A stretch of DNA of 64,000 nucleotides from Spirochaetales bacterium. GTDB taxonomy: Bacteria; Spirochaetota; Spirochaetia; JABEVK01. Shown in pieces: positions 24,335-33,924 of the stretch. The notes beneath the pieces were generated by a model. That model saw only the letters and a list, made by a program, of their open reading frames with translations, searched no databases and had not been told where the DNA came from. The translations under genes were made by a program, and so were the position numbers. Each line of letters begins with the position of its first letter. Positions within the stretch are counted from its first letter, which is position 1. Where the stretch lies: contig JBAXAI010000001.1 in NCBI GenBank assembly GCA_037142615.1, positions 448,001 through 512,000 of the forward strand. Direction: 5' to 3'.

Positions 24335-27300
24335 AGCATTGCGAGCGTTTCTGGGCCTCATTTTGGTGGCGGCCCTCCTTCCTGCCCAAGAGGAAGCCCC
24401 CGATTACTTTCTCGATCCCACACTGGCGCAAGCCCTGCAGCTGGAGGCCGAAGGGTCGTGGACCAGCCGTCTCGCGTGGGGTGGCGGTCTGGTCTGGGGT
24501 CTGTCGGGCGTGTCGGCGGGAATGCCACCTGGTCTAGAGGCCGGTCTGGTCTTCTCGCAGGTTCCCGACTTATCGGTGACGGCCCAGCTTCTGGAACGTT
24601 ACTACCTCAAGGTTGTTTACACGGGCACGGTGGAATCCAACACCTTCGAGGTCGGCTACCACGGTGGTCCCGAAGAATGGCTTCGTTGGGTTCAGGCTGG
24701 AAACACGGCCTTCACGGTTCCTTCCCGCGCCGGGGTAGCGGTGGCCCCGGGTAGGCCAGGTAGCCCTGCTCTCGGCCTGGGCCTGCAAGGTGACTCGATT
24801 TCCCAGGAGTTTCTTCTTCGGTATGAAGATGGTTCACGCGAAGTACGACATTTCCGCGGGTTCGCGCCTGCCGAGGCTTCGGTCGTGTCGCCCGCCAACT
24901 GGATCCGAGGTCGGTTCTTTCAGCTGCCCGCGGGCACCTACCCGTCGTTAAGACTGTGGTTCGAGGACAATCAGCAACCCGACGGTTACCGGGAGGCAAA
25001 AGCCGAAGAGGCGGCCGTGCTCGAATCCGGTTCCATCCGTTTGGAAAAGTCGGCTCAGCTCCGATTGTGGGTTTCGTGGTCCGGCCACGCTCCTGAGCTG
25101 CTCTACGAGCCTGGAAGGAACGCTGTCGCGGAACTGCAGGACCACTATGCCTTGCCGGCCGGCGCGACGGGTCAAGGAAGTGTCGTCGACAAAGCCACCG
25201 GGACCGACAAGGCCGGTTTTGTGGTTACCGCAGAACCGGGGGCCGACTGGTTTGTGGTGCAAGGCCCCGCCGTTCCGCCGTTTCGCCTGATTTCGGAAGG
25301 GCTGTACCCAACTAGCACTACGGGAGTTCCACCGACGCCTGCGGCAGACGTGGATCTTGAGATCCGCTTTCCGGCTGAGATTCCTTCAAAACCACTTTGG
25401 GTCCTCGGTGCCGACGTCGTTCCGTCCAGTGTTCTCGTCACCCGTAACGGCTTTACCGAGACCGAGGTGACCCTTGACCCCTCGAGCGGAAACTTGACCC
25501 CCGATTTCCCCGTCGGCGAGGCCGATCTGGTGACGGTTTCCTTTCAGCGGCAACAGAAGTCGGGCACGTCTCCCGACCTGTTTGCGTGGCAAGGGGGGCA
25601 ATGGAAGCCCGAGGCCAACCAGCAGTTGGAATGGAACTCGTCACTGCGCTGGAACACGGTGCGCAACCGCTTTACGCTGACACAGAATGAGGCCCCTGGC
25701 TCAGTTTCAGCACGGACTCGCTGGACAGGAAGTTTGGGCTCCTGGAGTTGGGACTTGTCGCTGCAAGCCCAAGCCCTACTGGCTGACAGTACCGCTGGAC
25801 GTCGTCTTTTGGCCTTCGACCGGGGTGGACCCACCCTGCCCTACAACAGCGACTCGTTGCGGCCCGCCGCCGCCCCAGGCACGGTCGGATCGCTGGACCT
25901 GGGCCAACTCAGTCGCGGTCAGGCGCTCTACCGGGACTACTTCACCTGGGACGCGCTCAGTGGCGCCAATGTTCTGTCAGCCTGGGGAAAACCCGGGGTG
26001 TCAGCCGAAACGTACACCGACGGAGGCCACCTGGGACCCTATCTCGCTCTGGACGAAAAAACGGGTGCCAGACTGGCTGTACTGGAATCAGCGCTGGGGC
26101 CAGGAAAATGGACGGGGATGACCGTCTTCCTTGACAAGGGACGCCCGGTTGACCTCAGCGCAACAACCCGCGTGCGCCTGCCCCTTCGCCTGCCCTCAGG
26201 CTGGCCCGCAGGAGCGCGGTTACTGGTGCAATTCGGAGCCTTGGGAGAAGACTTCGACGGTAGCGGCGAAGTGAAGTCACTCGCCGCTTCGGCCCCTGCT
26301 TCCCTGCCCTTCACCGACGCCGCGCAGGGGTTCCAGCTCTCGTTTCCCCTGCCAGAGACTTCAACTTGGACGAATGACAGCGACGCTGACGGTGTTGCGC
26401 GACGCTCAGGTGCGGTCCTGACCCTCGAGGTGACCGACCAGGTGCCTCCAGATCCAACGGGCGACTTTGTAGTGACCCTTGACTTGACCGACGCGGAGCG
26501 CTTCTTGCTTTCGACAACCACGGCGTGGTCGCTTCTGGTGGTGAACCCGACCTCCGCCGCGATCGCGTCGTTCCCCCTGCTGGCAGGCCAAGCTCAATTT
26601 CCAGCCGCTACTTGGTCCGTAGCATCGGATCCCGGCGTAGCGGTCGGTTCTGTAGTGCAGGCCGTGGACCTGCCCGATGAAGTGCTTGGCAACCAGAGCC
26701 GCCTCGCCTGGTCGGGCCGTTCGTCGTGGACAGCCACAGCGCGATTTTCCGAGTTTATGCCCAGCCAGTATCGAAGCCTTGCGCTGGAATACCGACTGGA
26801 AGCGGCGGCGGCCACCCAGCTTACGGTTTCGATGGGCAACGCTTCCGGGGACTCGTGGCGCGCTTCGTGGCAGGTGCCTGTGGCGGCTGACGCGACGACT
26901 TGGCAAACCGCAAACCTCGACCTTTCGAACGGCAACTTGTCGGTGGGGGGAACAACGGTTCCAGCGACGGTTTGGGCCCCTGGTGGCACCTGGGACCGAA
27001 TCAGCGTGAGCCAGAACGGCGTCCCAACGGGTGTTCTGTATTTCCGGCCGCCACAGGCCTCCGACGCGGTATGGGACTACCGCTGGGGTACCGACGTCCG
27101 TGTGGCCTGGAGTCTCGGCGATACTCAATTCCGGTTTCGGGGCCTGGAATCACAGTCGCTGGGCTCGCTCCCAAACTGGAAGGCCGAGATGCAGGGACAA
27201 ACGCGTGTCGGTCCAGCTAGTTTCACCGGAGAAGTCACCTTGGACCAATCGCTGGCGGTTCACAGCTTCTACACGGCGGCGCTTTCGCTGGCGGTCCCGA

Positions 27301-28568
27301 ACTCCCCGTGGAAGCTGCAAGGGAAGGATTCCTTCGACGACTCGGGGATACGCCGCGAGTCGGCCTTGGTGCAGCTTCCCTGGTTGGGCACCTGGTCGGC
27401 CGAGGGGACTGCCGACAGTTCGCAGCTGCGGCTGGCGAGAACTTACCGTGCCGGCTGGGCCTGGGATGAGGTTCCGCAGTGGACGGCCACCGCAAACGCG
27501 CAGGTGCAACTGGGTTCCTTCCTGGCGGCGCCGAAACTGGAGTGGACCGACCAGTGGCTTCAAAGTTGGTCGTGGATGGTTCCCGAGACTTCGGTGCAAC
27601 GGACCACGCTGGAAAAGCTCTCCGGCACTTCGAACGCAGGTTTCGGTCCTGTTTCCCTCAAGACAGAGGGTTTAATTCAAGTTCTTCAGTGGGAAGGAGA
27701 TCCTTGGAAGTTCTCGCCGTCGTGGACGACCAAGGCTTCGCTTCCCGTCACGTGGGGAGCCGAGGATTCGCCCTACGTCGTGGAACCCCGGGTCTCGTGG
27801 GACGGGATGGCGTCTTGGGATCTTGCACAAGGGGACACCGCTGAGCGTTTGCCCTCGTTGGCCTGGACGCGATGGAACGGAGGGCTTGCCCCGAGTCAAC
27901 GCCGCGTCAATTCCGCAGCAGGACTCTTGTTCAGCAAAGGGACCTTTCTCGCCCAAGCAGACCTGGGTCAGTCGGTAGGAGTCGAAGCCCTCCAAGCCTT
28001 CGAAGTGACCTCGTTTTCGGGACAGTCCACCGCGAGGTTCGAGAACCTGTTCGGCAGCGCTGGACAATGGCCCGTTTTCCCGGCCTACCGCACCGACAGC
28101 CTGACTTGGACCCTCACGACCCAAGAGAGCTGGGGAACGAGGAGCAGCGACAACGCGGGCCAGGTCCAGGTCGTCCTGCAGCCCGAGGTGTACCTGACCT
28201 CACGTGAAAAACTGGCGCTCGCTGCCAAAGCCGTGTGGCAGTCCTCGGCCACGACGGCCAACCATCTGGAGCTTCAGCCCCAGTGGAGCTGGACTGGCCC
28301 CGCCAATCTGCCGTGGACCCTGCCCGGCTGGATCAGTCCACCTAAGTTCGGGCGGCAGCTCAAGTTTGACACCCGGATGTCGTGGGACTTCGGGGTTCCC
28401 GACGCGACGATACCCCTGCTGCGTCAAGTCGGCGCACGCCACCAAAGCACGCTGACGCTGTCGCCCAAAAGTGAACTTAAGTTAACACTGAACCTCAACC
28501 AAGCGTGGTCGACGGTGGCTTATGTTGTGGGAGTTCAGGCTGCTCTCGACGTTGTCCTGAGCTTCTGA
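24327..28568 (+). CDS. 1413-aa secreted/outer-membrane protein with SprA (T9SS translocon)-like motifs
   Basis: GTG start with signal peptide, Trp-rich amphipathic beta-strands, C-terminal Phe; SprA-like motifs described in findings. Confidence 0.65.
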   Translation: MNRALRAFLGLILVAALLPAQEEAPDYFLDPTLAQALQLEAEGSWTSRLAWGGGLVWGLSGVSAGMPPGLEAGLVFSQVPDLSVTAQLLERYYLKVVYTGTVESNTFEVGYHGGPEEWLRWVQAGNTAFTVPSRAGVAVAPGRPGSPALGLGLQGDSISQEFLLRYEDGSREVRHFRGFAPAEASVVSPANWIRGRFFQLPAGTYPSLRLWFEDNQQPDGYREAKAEEAAVLESGSIRLEKSAQLRLWVSWSGHAPELLYEPGRNAVAELQDHYALPAGATGQGSVVDKATGTDKAGFVVTAEPGADWFVVQGPAVPPFRLISEGLYPTSTTGVPPTPAADVDLEIRFPAEIPSKPLWVLGADVVPSSVLVTRNGFTETEVTLDPSSGNLTPDFPVGEADLVTVSFQRQQKSGTSPDLFAWQGGQWKPEANQQLEWNSSLRWNTVRNRFTLTQNEAPGSVSARTRWTGSLGSWSWDLSLQAQALLADSTAGRRLLAFDRGGPTLPYNSDSLRPAAAPGTVGSLDLGQLSRGQALYRDYFTWDALSGANVLSAWGKPGVSAETYTDGGHLGPYLALDEKTGARLAVLESALGPGKWTGMTVFLDKGRPVDLSATTRVRLPLRLPSGWPAGARLLVQFGALGEDFDGSGEVKSLAASAPASLPFTDAAQGFQLSFPLPETSTWTNDSDADGVARRSGAVLTLEVTDQVPPDPTGDFVVTLDLTDAERFLLSTTTAWSLLVVNPTSAAIASFPLLAGQAQFPAATWSVASDPGVAVGSVVQAVDLPDEVLGNQSRLAWSGRSSWTATARFSEFMPSQYRSLALEYRLEAAAATQLTVSMGNASGDSWRASWQVPVAADATTWQTANLDLSNGNLSVGGTTVPATVWAPGGTWDRISVSQNGVPTGVLYFRPPQASDAVWDYRWGTDVRVAWSLGDTQFRFRGLESQSLGSLPNWKAEMQGQTRVGPASFTGEVTLDQSLAVHSFYTAALSLAVPNSPWKLQGKDSFDDSGIRRESALVQLPWLGTWSAEGTADSSQLRLARTYRAGWAWDEVPQWTATANAQVQLGSFLAAPKLEWTDQWLQSWSWMVPETSVQRTTLEKLSGTSNAGFGPVSLKTEGLIQVLQWEGDPWKFSPSWTTKASLPVTWGAEDSPYVVEPRVSWDGMASWDLAQGDTAERLPSLAWTRWNGGLAPSQRRVNSAAGLLFSKGTFLAQADLGQSVGVEALQAFEVTSFSGQSTARFENLFGSAGQWPVFPAYRTDSLTWTLTTQESWGTRSSDNAGQVQVVLQPEVYLTSREKLALAAKAVWQSSATTANHLELQPQWSWTGPANLPWTLPGWISPPKFGRQLKFDTRMSWDFGVPDATIPLLRQVGARHQSTLTLSPKSELKLTLNLNQAWSTVAYVVGVQAALDVVLSF

Positions 28569-28609
28569 TTGTTGACAAATGTGTTATACTAATGGCTGAA
28601 GGAGTCATC

Positions 28610-29968
28610 ATGAGTCTGAGAAATCGTGTCTGTGGGGCCTTGAGTGTCCTTGTTCTACTTCTCGGGACAGGGTTGGCAAGTCCGCTCGCCGCTCAAAGTT
28701 CCTCGTTTGGCCTGGCCGGTGGCCTTGGTACAGAAGTGATCGACGGGGTGACGTTCCAAACCCTGTCTATTCTTCCCGACGTTCCCATCGGGCCTGTTGG
28801 GCTCGGTATCGACATGTCGTTCCACTTCCGCTTCTATACGACCGATGCCTTGGGCGTTCAGTCCGAGTTTGGCTTCTACCCGCGCTGGGAAGATTTCTGG
28901 GATACTTCGGCCTCCGTCACCTTTCAGGAGAACTTGTCGAAGTGGACCTCGCGGCTGGCGTACCTGCGCTACGGCAACAAAGGCGACCCGATCAACATTG
29001 TCGCCGGCGCCTTGCCCTCGGTCACGCTGGGCAACGGTTTCGTGGTCGGCAGCTACAGCAACGCCATGCTCCAACCCGCTCAGAAGTTCACGGGAATCGT
29101 GGCCAATTTCGACGGCTCGCTGTTCCAGTTCCCCTATGTGGGGCTCGAGTCCTTCACTGACAACCTTTCGTCGTTTGACCTGATCGGTCTGCGTGTGTAT
29201 GCCAAACCTTTCGGGTTCCTGCTGCCCGATGTTGCGCTACTCAAGGACATGCAAGTCGGCTTCACCGAGGTGATCGACTCCAACCCCTACATTTACGCCA
29301 CCACCACGGGAACCGGTTCCGTAGCGGTGACCGGCGTCGACACCAGCCTGACGTTCTTTTCCAATCCCGTCATTTCGGCCAAGGCTTACGGCGATTTCGC
29401 CCTGCAAGGAAGTCATGTTGGTGGGAATGTGGGCATCGGAGGCACGTTGCTGTCGTTTATCAGCTGGGGTGTGCAGAACCGCTTCCTCGGAGCTGACTTC
29501 CTTCCCGACTATTTCGACAAGACCTACGACCTCAGCCGCGACGCTAAGTACGCGATCTACAGCAACACGGGGACGGTGAAGGTCCCGGCGACGCTGGCTT
29601 GGCAGGCCTCGCTCGGTGGCAATTTGTTCGATACCATCAGTTTCGGGGCGGCCTTGGGTGGCCCCTACGGAAACGCCGCCTCTGCGACCCCAACCAAGTA
29701 CGAACTGCCCAAGCTCGAGTCCTACCTGAGCGTTGCCGAGAATCCCTTGCTCCCCATCACAGTCGATGCTTACTACAACAAAGACAAGCTGACGGGCGTG
29801 GGCGATCTGCTGAGTCCCAAAGACGCGGTGATCGGTGCGCGGATCGGTTACAAGATCGGCAATACCACCATTACGATGGTCTACAGCCTCAAGTACTTGG
29901 AAGGTTCGACGTCGGCCACCCCGTGGGAAACGACCTCGAAGCTCGAAACTGCCATCAAGTTGTTCTAG
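28610..29968 (+). CDS. Putative outer-membrane beta-barrel protein
   Basis: AAGGAG RBS, signal peptide, alternating beta-strands, ends ETAIKLF; paralogous to the C-terminal part of the next gene. Confidence 0.7.
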   Translation: MSLRNRVCGALSVLVLLLGTGLASPLAAQSSSFGLAGGLGTEVIDGVTFQTLSILPDVPIGPVGLGIDMSFHFRFYTTDALGVQSEFGFYPRWEDFWDTSASVTFQENLSKWTSRLAYLRYGNKGDPINIVAGALPSVTLGNGFVVGSYSNAMLQPAQKFTGIVANFDGSLFQFPYVGLESFTDNLSSFDLIGLRVYAKPFGFLLPDVALLKDMQVGFTEVIDSNPYIYATTTGTGSVAVTGVDTSLTFFSNPVISAKAYGDFALQGSHVGGNVGIGGTLLSFISWGVQNRFLGADFLPDYFDKTYDLSRDAKYAIYSNTGTVKVPATLAWQASLGGNLFDTISFGAALGGPYGNAASATPTKYELPKLESYLSVAENPLLPITVDAYYNKDKLTGVGDLLSPKDAVIGARIGYKIGNTTITMVYSLKYLEGSTSATPWETTSKLETAIKLF

Positions 29969-29980
29969 GAGGAATGAAAA

Positions 29981-32200
29981 ATGAAGAAATCCCTGACCGT
30001 CTTATTGGTCCTGCTGGCATTCCTGCCTGGAGTGCTCACGGCCCAAACCGCCAAGGCCCCGGCCGTCGTGCTGGTGTTTGCCGGCGACGACCCCAGTCTG
30101 ATCACAATCAAAGATAGCAACGGCAAGCAGCAGGTGGCCAATGAGGGCCTGAAGATGCAGTCCGGCTGGATCATTACGACCGCTAAGGGCGGCTCGGCCG
30201 AGCTGCAGATCAAGCCCAATGGTTCGATCATCAAGATTGCCTCGAGCACCACGTTCAAGATCAACGACCTGAACGCTGGCGACGGCAAAACAAAGAACGA
30301 TTTTGAGATAGCCAGCGGCAAGATCCGCGCGGTGGCCGCCAAGCTTGCAGGGAAGGAAGGCGAACCCGGCTACTCGCTCAAGACGCCAACCGCCAATTGC
30401 GGTGTCCGCGGTACTGACTTCATCATCAACATCGACGGGGCCCAGGAATCGCTGGTCGTCGCAGAGGGTCTGGTGGACTTCACCAAGGATGCCACCGGCG
30501 AACTTCTTCAGGTCGGTGCCGGCCAGATGGCCGATGCCCTTGCTGCCACGTTTAACCTTTTGCCGCTCGACCAGTCGGCCCTCGACGCGTTTTTCTCGGA
30601 TGTCGGCTTCATCAAGCTCGATCCGGCCGTCGTCAACGCGCTGGTCGCCCAGGCTGTTTCTCAGCAGGCCGACGTCGGCGATGTCAACACCGACAAGGGC
30701 AAGACCACCGATACGGGTAAGGCCGAAGCCAAGCCCGCCGAACCGGCCAAGGACGACCCGATTCTCGCTTGGATCAAGAAGGTTCTCGGTGCCGAGATCG
30801 GTTCCGTGACCATCGACGGGCAAACTTGGTCCAAGGCGATCTTGCAGCCAGTGATTGACACCGACGGCTTCCGTCTCGGCCTGTATCTCCCCATCATCTA
30901 CAAGTCCGACATGTTCAATCCCGACGACTGGTACAAGCCCGCCGGCAACAGTGAGTGGTCGTTCGGTACCGACCAGACTGGCTGGCTCAACATTGGCTTG
31001 GACGCGGTCTCTGACCTTGTGCTCAAGATCCGTTTCTTGGAGCTCGGCCGACAGGGCGTCGATCCGTTCTACCTCAAAATTGGTAACCTCAACACCATGA
31101 GCATCGGTCACGGCACGGTGATGAGCCATTTCGCCAACGACCAGGAGTTCCCCTCGGTCCGCAAGGTTGGCCTCAACGCTGGTGTGACTCTCGGGCCTAT
31201 CGGCCTCGAAGGCGTCGCGGACGACCTGGGATCACCTCAAGTTGTCGGCGGACGACTGTCGCTGAATGTGGTCGGAAACTGGGTCGTGTTTGGTGTGGGC
31301 GGCATCGCCGACCTCGCGCTGGTCGATCCCAAGGGTGGAAAGATCGCTGCGGACTATGGCAACCCGATCCTGATCGTCGGTGGCCTTGACACGCAGTGGA
31401 TCAACCTTGACATCGGAGTACTCCGTGCCCTGGTGTTCGCTGACGCCAACGTGCTCACCGCTTGGTACCAGAACGCCTACACGGCGAACGGTGTTACAGT
31501 GGCACAGGGTCTTGCTCTGGGAACGGTCATTGACAGCAAGGGAGTCCTGAGGTCCTACGGTGCTGAGGCCGGCGTCACCGGCAAGATACTTGGTTTGGTC
31601 GACTACCGCCTGGCGTTCCAGCTGGAAAACGGTCTGTACACCAACCAGATTTTCCGGTCGAACTACTACCGCACCAGGGCCGAAAAACTGACCGCACTCA
31701 ATTCTTACCTGACCGATACAACCTACGCGGCGACCGTCGACAAACTGTCAACGGTGGGTATCTTTGGTAGCACAGGCTTCAACATCCTGAACATCCTTAA
31801 GTTCGAAGGCGCCTACCGCTGGCCGATGTCACTCGACTCGACCGGGAAGATTGTGTTCAGTCCTGACGGAACCTTGGCGACAGTGCAGGACTCGTTGGCC
31901 TTCAAGCTCGAAATCCCCAAGGGAGCCCTTCCCGACTTCATCAAGCTGTCGGGAGCCGTGAGCTACGAACGAACCAAGTTTGTCAGCACGCTGGCTCAGC
32001 AGGGAACCAGTCTCAATCTGTTCGACGCCAACACCGTGCTCAAGGGAGAAATCCTGTACGGTGTGGTGCAGGGAGTTGACCTGGCCATCGGCGTGACGAC
32101 GCTCGTCAAGCGCAATGCCGACGGCACGGTGGTCTACGAGACGAACGGACAGCCCAAGATTCTGCCCACGATCAACCTGGAAACCCGCATCGGGTTCTGA
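29981..32200 (+). CDS. FecR-domain protein with linker and putative C-terminal beta-barrel
   Basis: Signal peptide; ITTAKGGSAEL...IKIASST and KTPTANCGVRGTDF...VAEGLV FecR motifs; ends ETRIGF. Confidence 0.8.
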   Translation: MKKSLTVLLVLLAFLPGVLTAQTAKAPAVVLVFAGDDPSLITIKDSNGKQQVANEGLKMQSGWIITTAKGGSAELQIKPNGSIIKIASSTTFKINDLNAGDGKTKNDFEIASGKIRAVAAKLAGKEGEPGYSLKTPTANCGVRGTDFIINIDGAQESLVVAEGLVDFTKDATGELLQVGAGQMADALAATFNLLPLDQSALDAFFSDVGFIKLDPAVVNALVAQAVSQQADVGDVNTDKGKTTDTGKAEAKPAEPAKDDPILAWIKKVLGAEIGSVTIDGQTWSKAILQPVIDTDGFRLGLYLPIIYKSDMFNPDDWYKPAGNSEWSFGTDQTGWLNIGLDAVSDLVLKIRFLELGRQGVDPFYLKIGNLNTMSIGHGTVMSHFANDQEFPSVRKVGLNAGVTLGPIGLEGVADDLGSPQVVGGRLSLNVVGNWVVFGVGGIADLALVDPKGGKIAADYGNPILIVGGLDTQWINLDIGVLRALVFADANVLTAWYQNAYTANGVTVAQGLALGTVIDSKGVLRSYGAEAGVTGKILGLVDYRLAFQLENGLYTNQIFRSNYYRTRAEKLTALNSYLTDTTYAATVDKLSTVGIFGSTGFNILNILKFEGAYRWPMSLDSTGKIVFSPDGTLATVQDSLAFKLEIPKGALPDFIKLSGAVSYERTKFVSTLAQQGTSLNLFDANTVLKGEILYGVVQGVDLAIGVTTLVKRNADGTVVYETNGQPKILPTINLETRIGF

Positions 32201-33906
32201 TGACAAAGCCACACGCCCCCCGGAGGATCAAGGTCCTCCGGGATGAGGTGGCCCGCAAGATCGCGGCCGGCGAGGTGATCGACCGGCCGCTTTCTGTTCT
32301 ACGGGAACTGATTGACAACAGCTTGGATGCCGGTGCCACGCACCTCGACATCCGGCTGGTTTCCGGTGGCCTTCAAAGCCTTGAGGTCACCGACAACGGG
32401 TGCGGCATGACCCGCGAAGACCTTGAGCTCTGCTGGCTCCCGCACACCACTTCCAAGATAGAAAGTGAAGAGGATCTCAATACTCTGTCGAGCCTCGGCT
32501 TTCGCGGCGAAGCCTTGGCCAGCATTTCTGCCTGCAGCCGCGTCAGGATCCTCACGTCTACCGACGACACTGGCCTTGCCTGGGAGCTGAAGCTCGAAGA
32601 AGGTCAGCCACCCTCGCTCAAGAAGGCCTCGGGACCACGAGGAACCCGGGTCACCGTCGAAGATTTGTTTTACAACATTCCGGCACGACGGAAGTTCCTC
32701 AAGTCATCGTCGGCCGAGCAGACGCTTTGTCGCCGCGTGGTGGAGGAAAAGGCCCTCGCCAGGCCGGATTGTGGCTTTTCACTGTGGCAAGAGGGAACGC
32801 AAAGGGCCTACTTCGCCCCAGGGCCCGAACTTCAGCGGGTCCAGAGTGTCCTTGGGGCACCTTGGGACGCGGCCGAGGTTCTGGTTTTTCAGGCCCAACG
32901 TCCAGGTTTGGCCGTGCACGGCTTTTCGCTCGCGCCGCCCCACTCGCGTTCCGACCGCAAGGGCATTCGAATCTATGCCAACGGTCGCCCTTTGCAGGAG
33001 TTTGCCTTGGTTCAGGCCGTCACGTACGCGTACGAAGGGTATTTGCCGGGCGGGGCGTGGCCCTTGGCCGTCGTTTTCGCCGAAGTGGATCCAGCGCTGG
33101 TCGACTTCAACATCCACCCCGCCAAGCGTGAGGCCCGCTTTCGCAATGCCGCCGATCTGCACCAGGCGTTGGTCGAGGGGGTTCGGGAGGCGCTCACAGC
33201 GACACAGTTAGCCTTTCCCCCGGCACAGAGAACCGAACAGCAGCCACTTGCCTTCGAACTGCCCCAAGTGGCCTCGCCGGCGTTGCGTGGAAGGGCCCAA
33301 CTTCCGTCGGTAGACTTTTGGGATGCTGGCGGGAACGAACTTCGAGAGACTCCCGCGCTGGCCCCCGGATTCCGGTATCTGGGTCAGGTACTTGGCGTGT
33401 TTCTCGTTGCCGAGGTTGGCGACACGCTGTATTTGGTGGACCAACATGCGGCCCACGAACGTATTCTCTTCGATCGTTACCGGGCCCAGGGTGGCGAAGG
33501 ACAGGCCCTCCTGTTCCCGCGGCGCTTCCTGCTCGAAGAAGACGCCGCCCGCGTGGTCGAACGTCAAATGGAAGACTGGTCATCGATCGGCATCGGCATC
33601 CGGCAATTGTCGCCTCTGGAGTTTGAGCTTGTGCGCCTGCCGCAGTTGGTCGTCGGACGGGAACGGGAGCTCATCGAGTTCCTCGAACAAAGCCGCAAGC
33701 CCGTCGCCGACGTCGAAAAGGATTTCTACGCCAGCTTTTCGTGCCGTGCGGCCGTCATGGACGGCGACCCCCTGGATCCGCAGGCGGCCAGGGAGCTCCT
33801 GACGCAAGCGTTTGCGCTTGCGCATGCACGCTGCCCTCACGGCCGCCCGTTGTGGACCACGCTCACGCGGGACGAGCTTTTCACCCGTGTCGGGCGCCTC
33901 GTTTAG
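32200..33906 (+). CDS. mutL: DNA mismatch repair protein MutL
   Basis: KIAAGEVIDRP, RELIDNSLDAGA, LGFRGEALASI, DQHAAHERI and CPHGRP endonuclease motifs. Confidence 0.96.
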   Translation: MTKPHAPRRIKVLRDEVARKIAAGEVIDRPLSVLRELIDNSLDAGATHLDIRLVSGGLQSLEVTDNGCGMTREDLELCWLPHTTSKIESEEDLNTLSSLGFRGEALASISACSRVRILTSTDDTGLAWELKLEEGQPPSLKKASGPRGTRVTVEDLFYNIPARRKFLKSSSAEQTLCRRVVEEKALARPDCGFSLWQEGTQRAYFAPGPELQRVQSVLGAPWDAAEVLVFQAQRPGLAVHGFSLAPPHSRSDRKGIRIYANGRPLQEFALVQAVTYAYEGYLPGGAWPLAVVFAEVDPALVDFNIHPAKREARFRNAADLHQALVEGVREALTATQLAFPPAQRTEQQPLAFELPQVASPALRGRAQLPSVDFWDAGGNELRETPALAPGFRYLGQVLGVFLVAEVGDTLYLVDQHAAHERILFDRYRAQGGEGQALLFPRRFLLEEDAARVVERQMEDWSSIGIGIRQLSPLEFELVRLPQLVVGRERELIEFLEQSRKPVADVEKDFYASFSCRAAVMDGDPLDPQAARELLTQAFALAHARCPHGRPLWTTLTRDELFTRVGRLV

Positions 33907-33924
33907 GCGTGACGGGCTCAGTTC

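Noticed and set aside
28572-28590. TTGACA...TATACT as a canonical sigma70 promoter
   Set aside because: The spacer is only 7 bp; at most an extended -10 (TGnTATACT).
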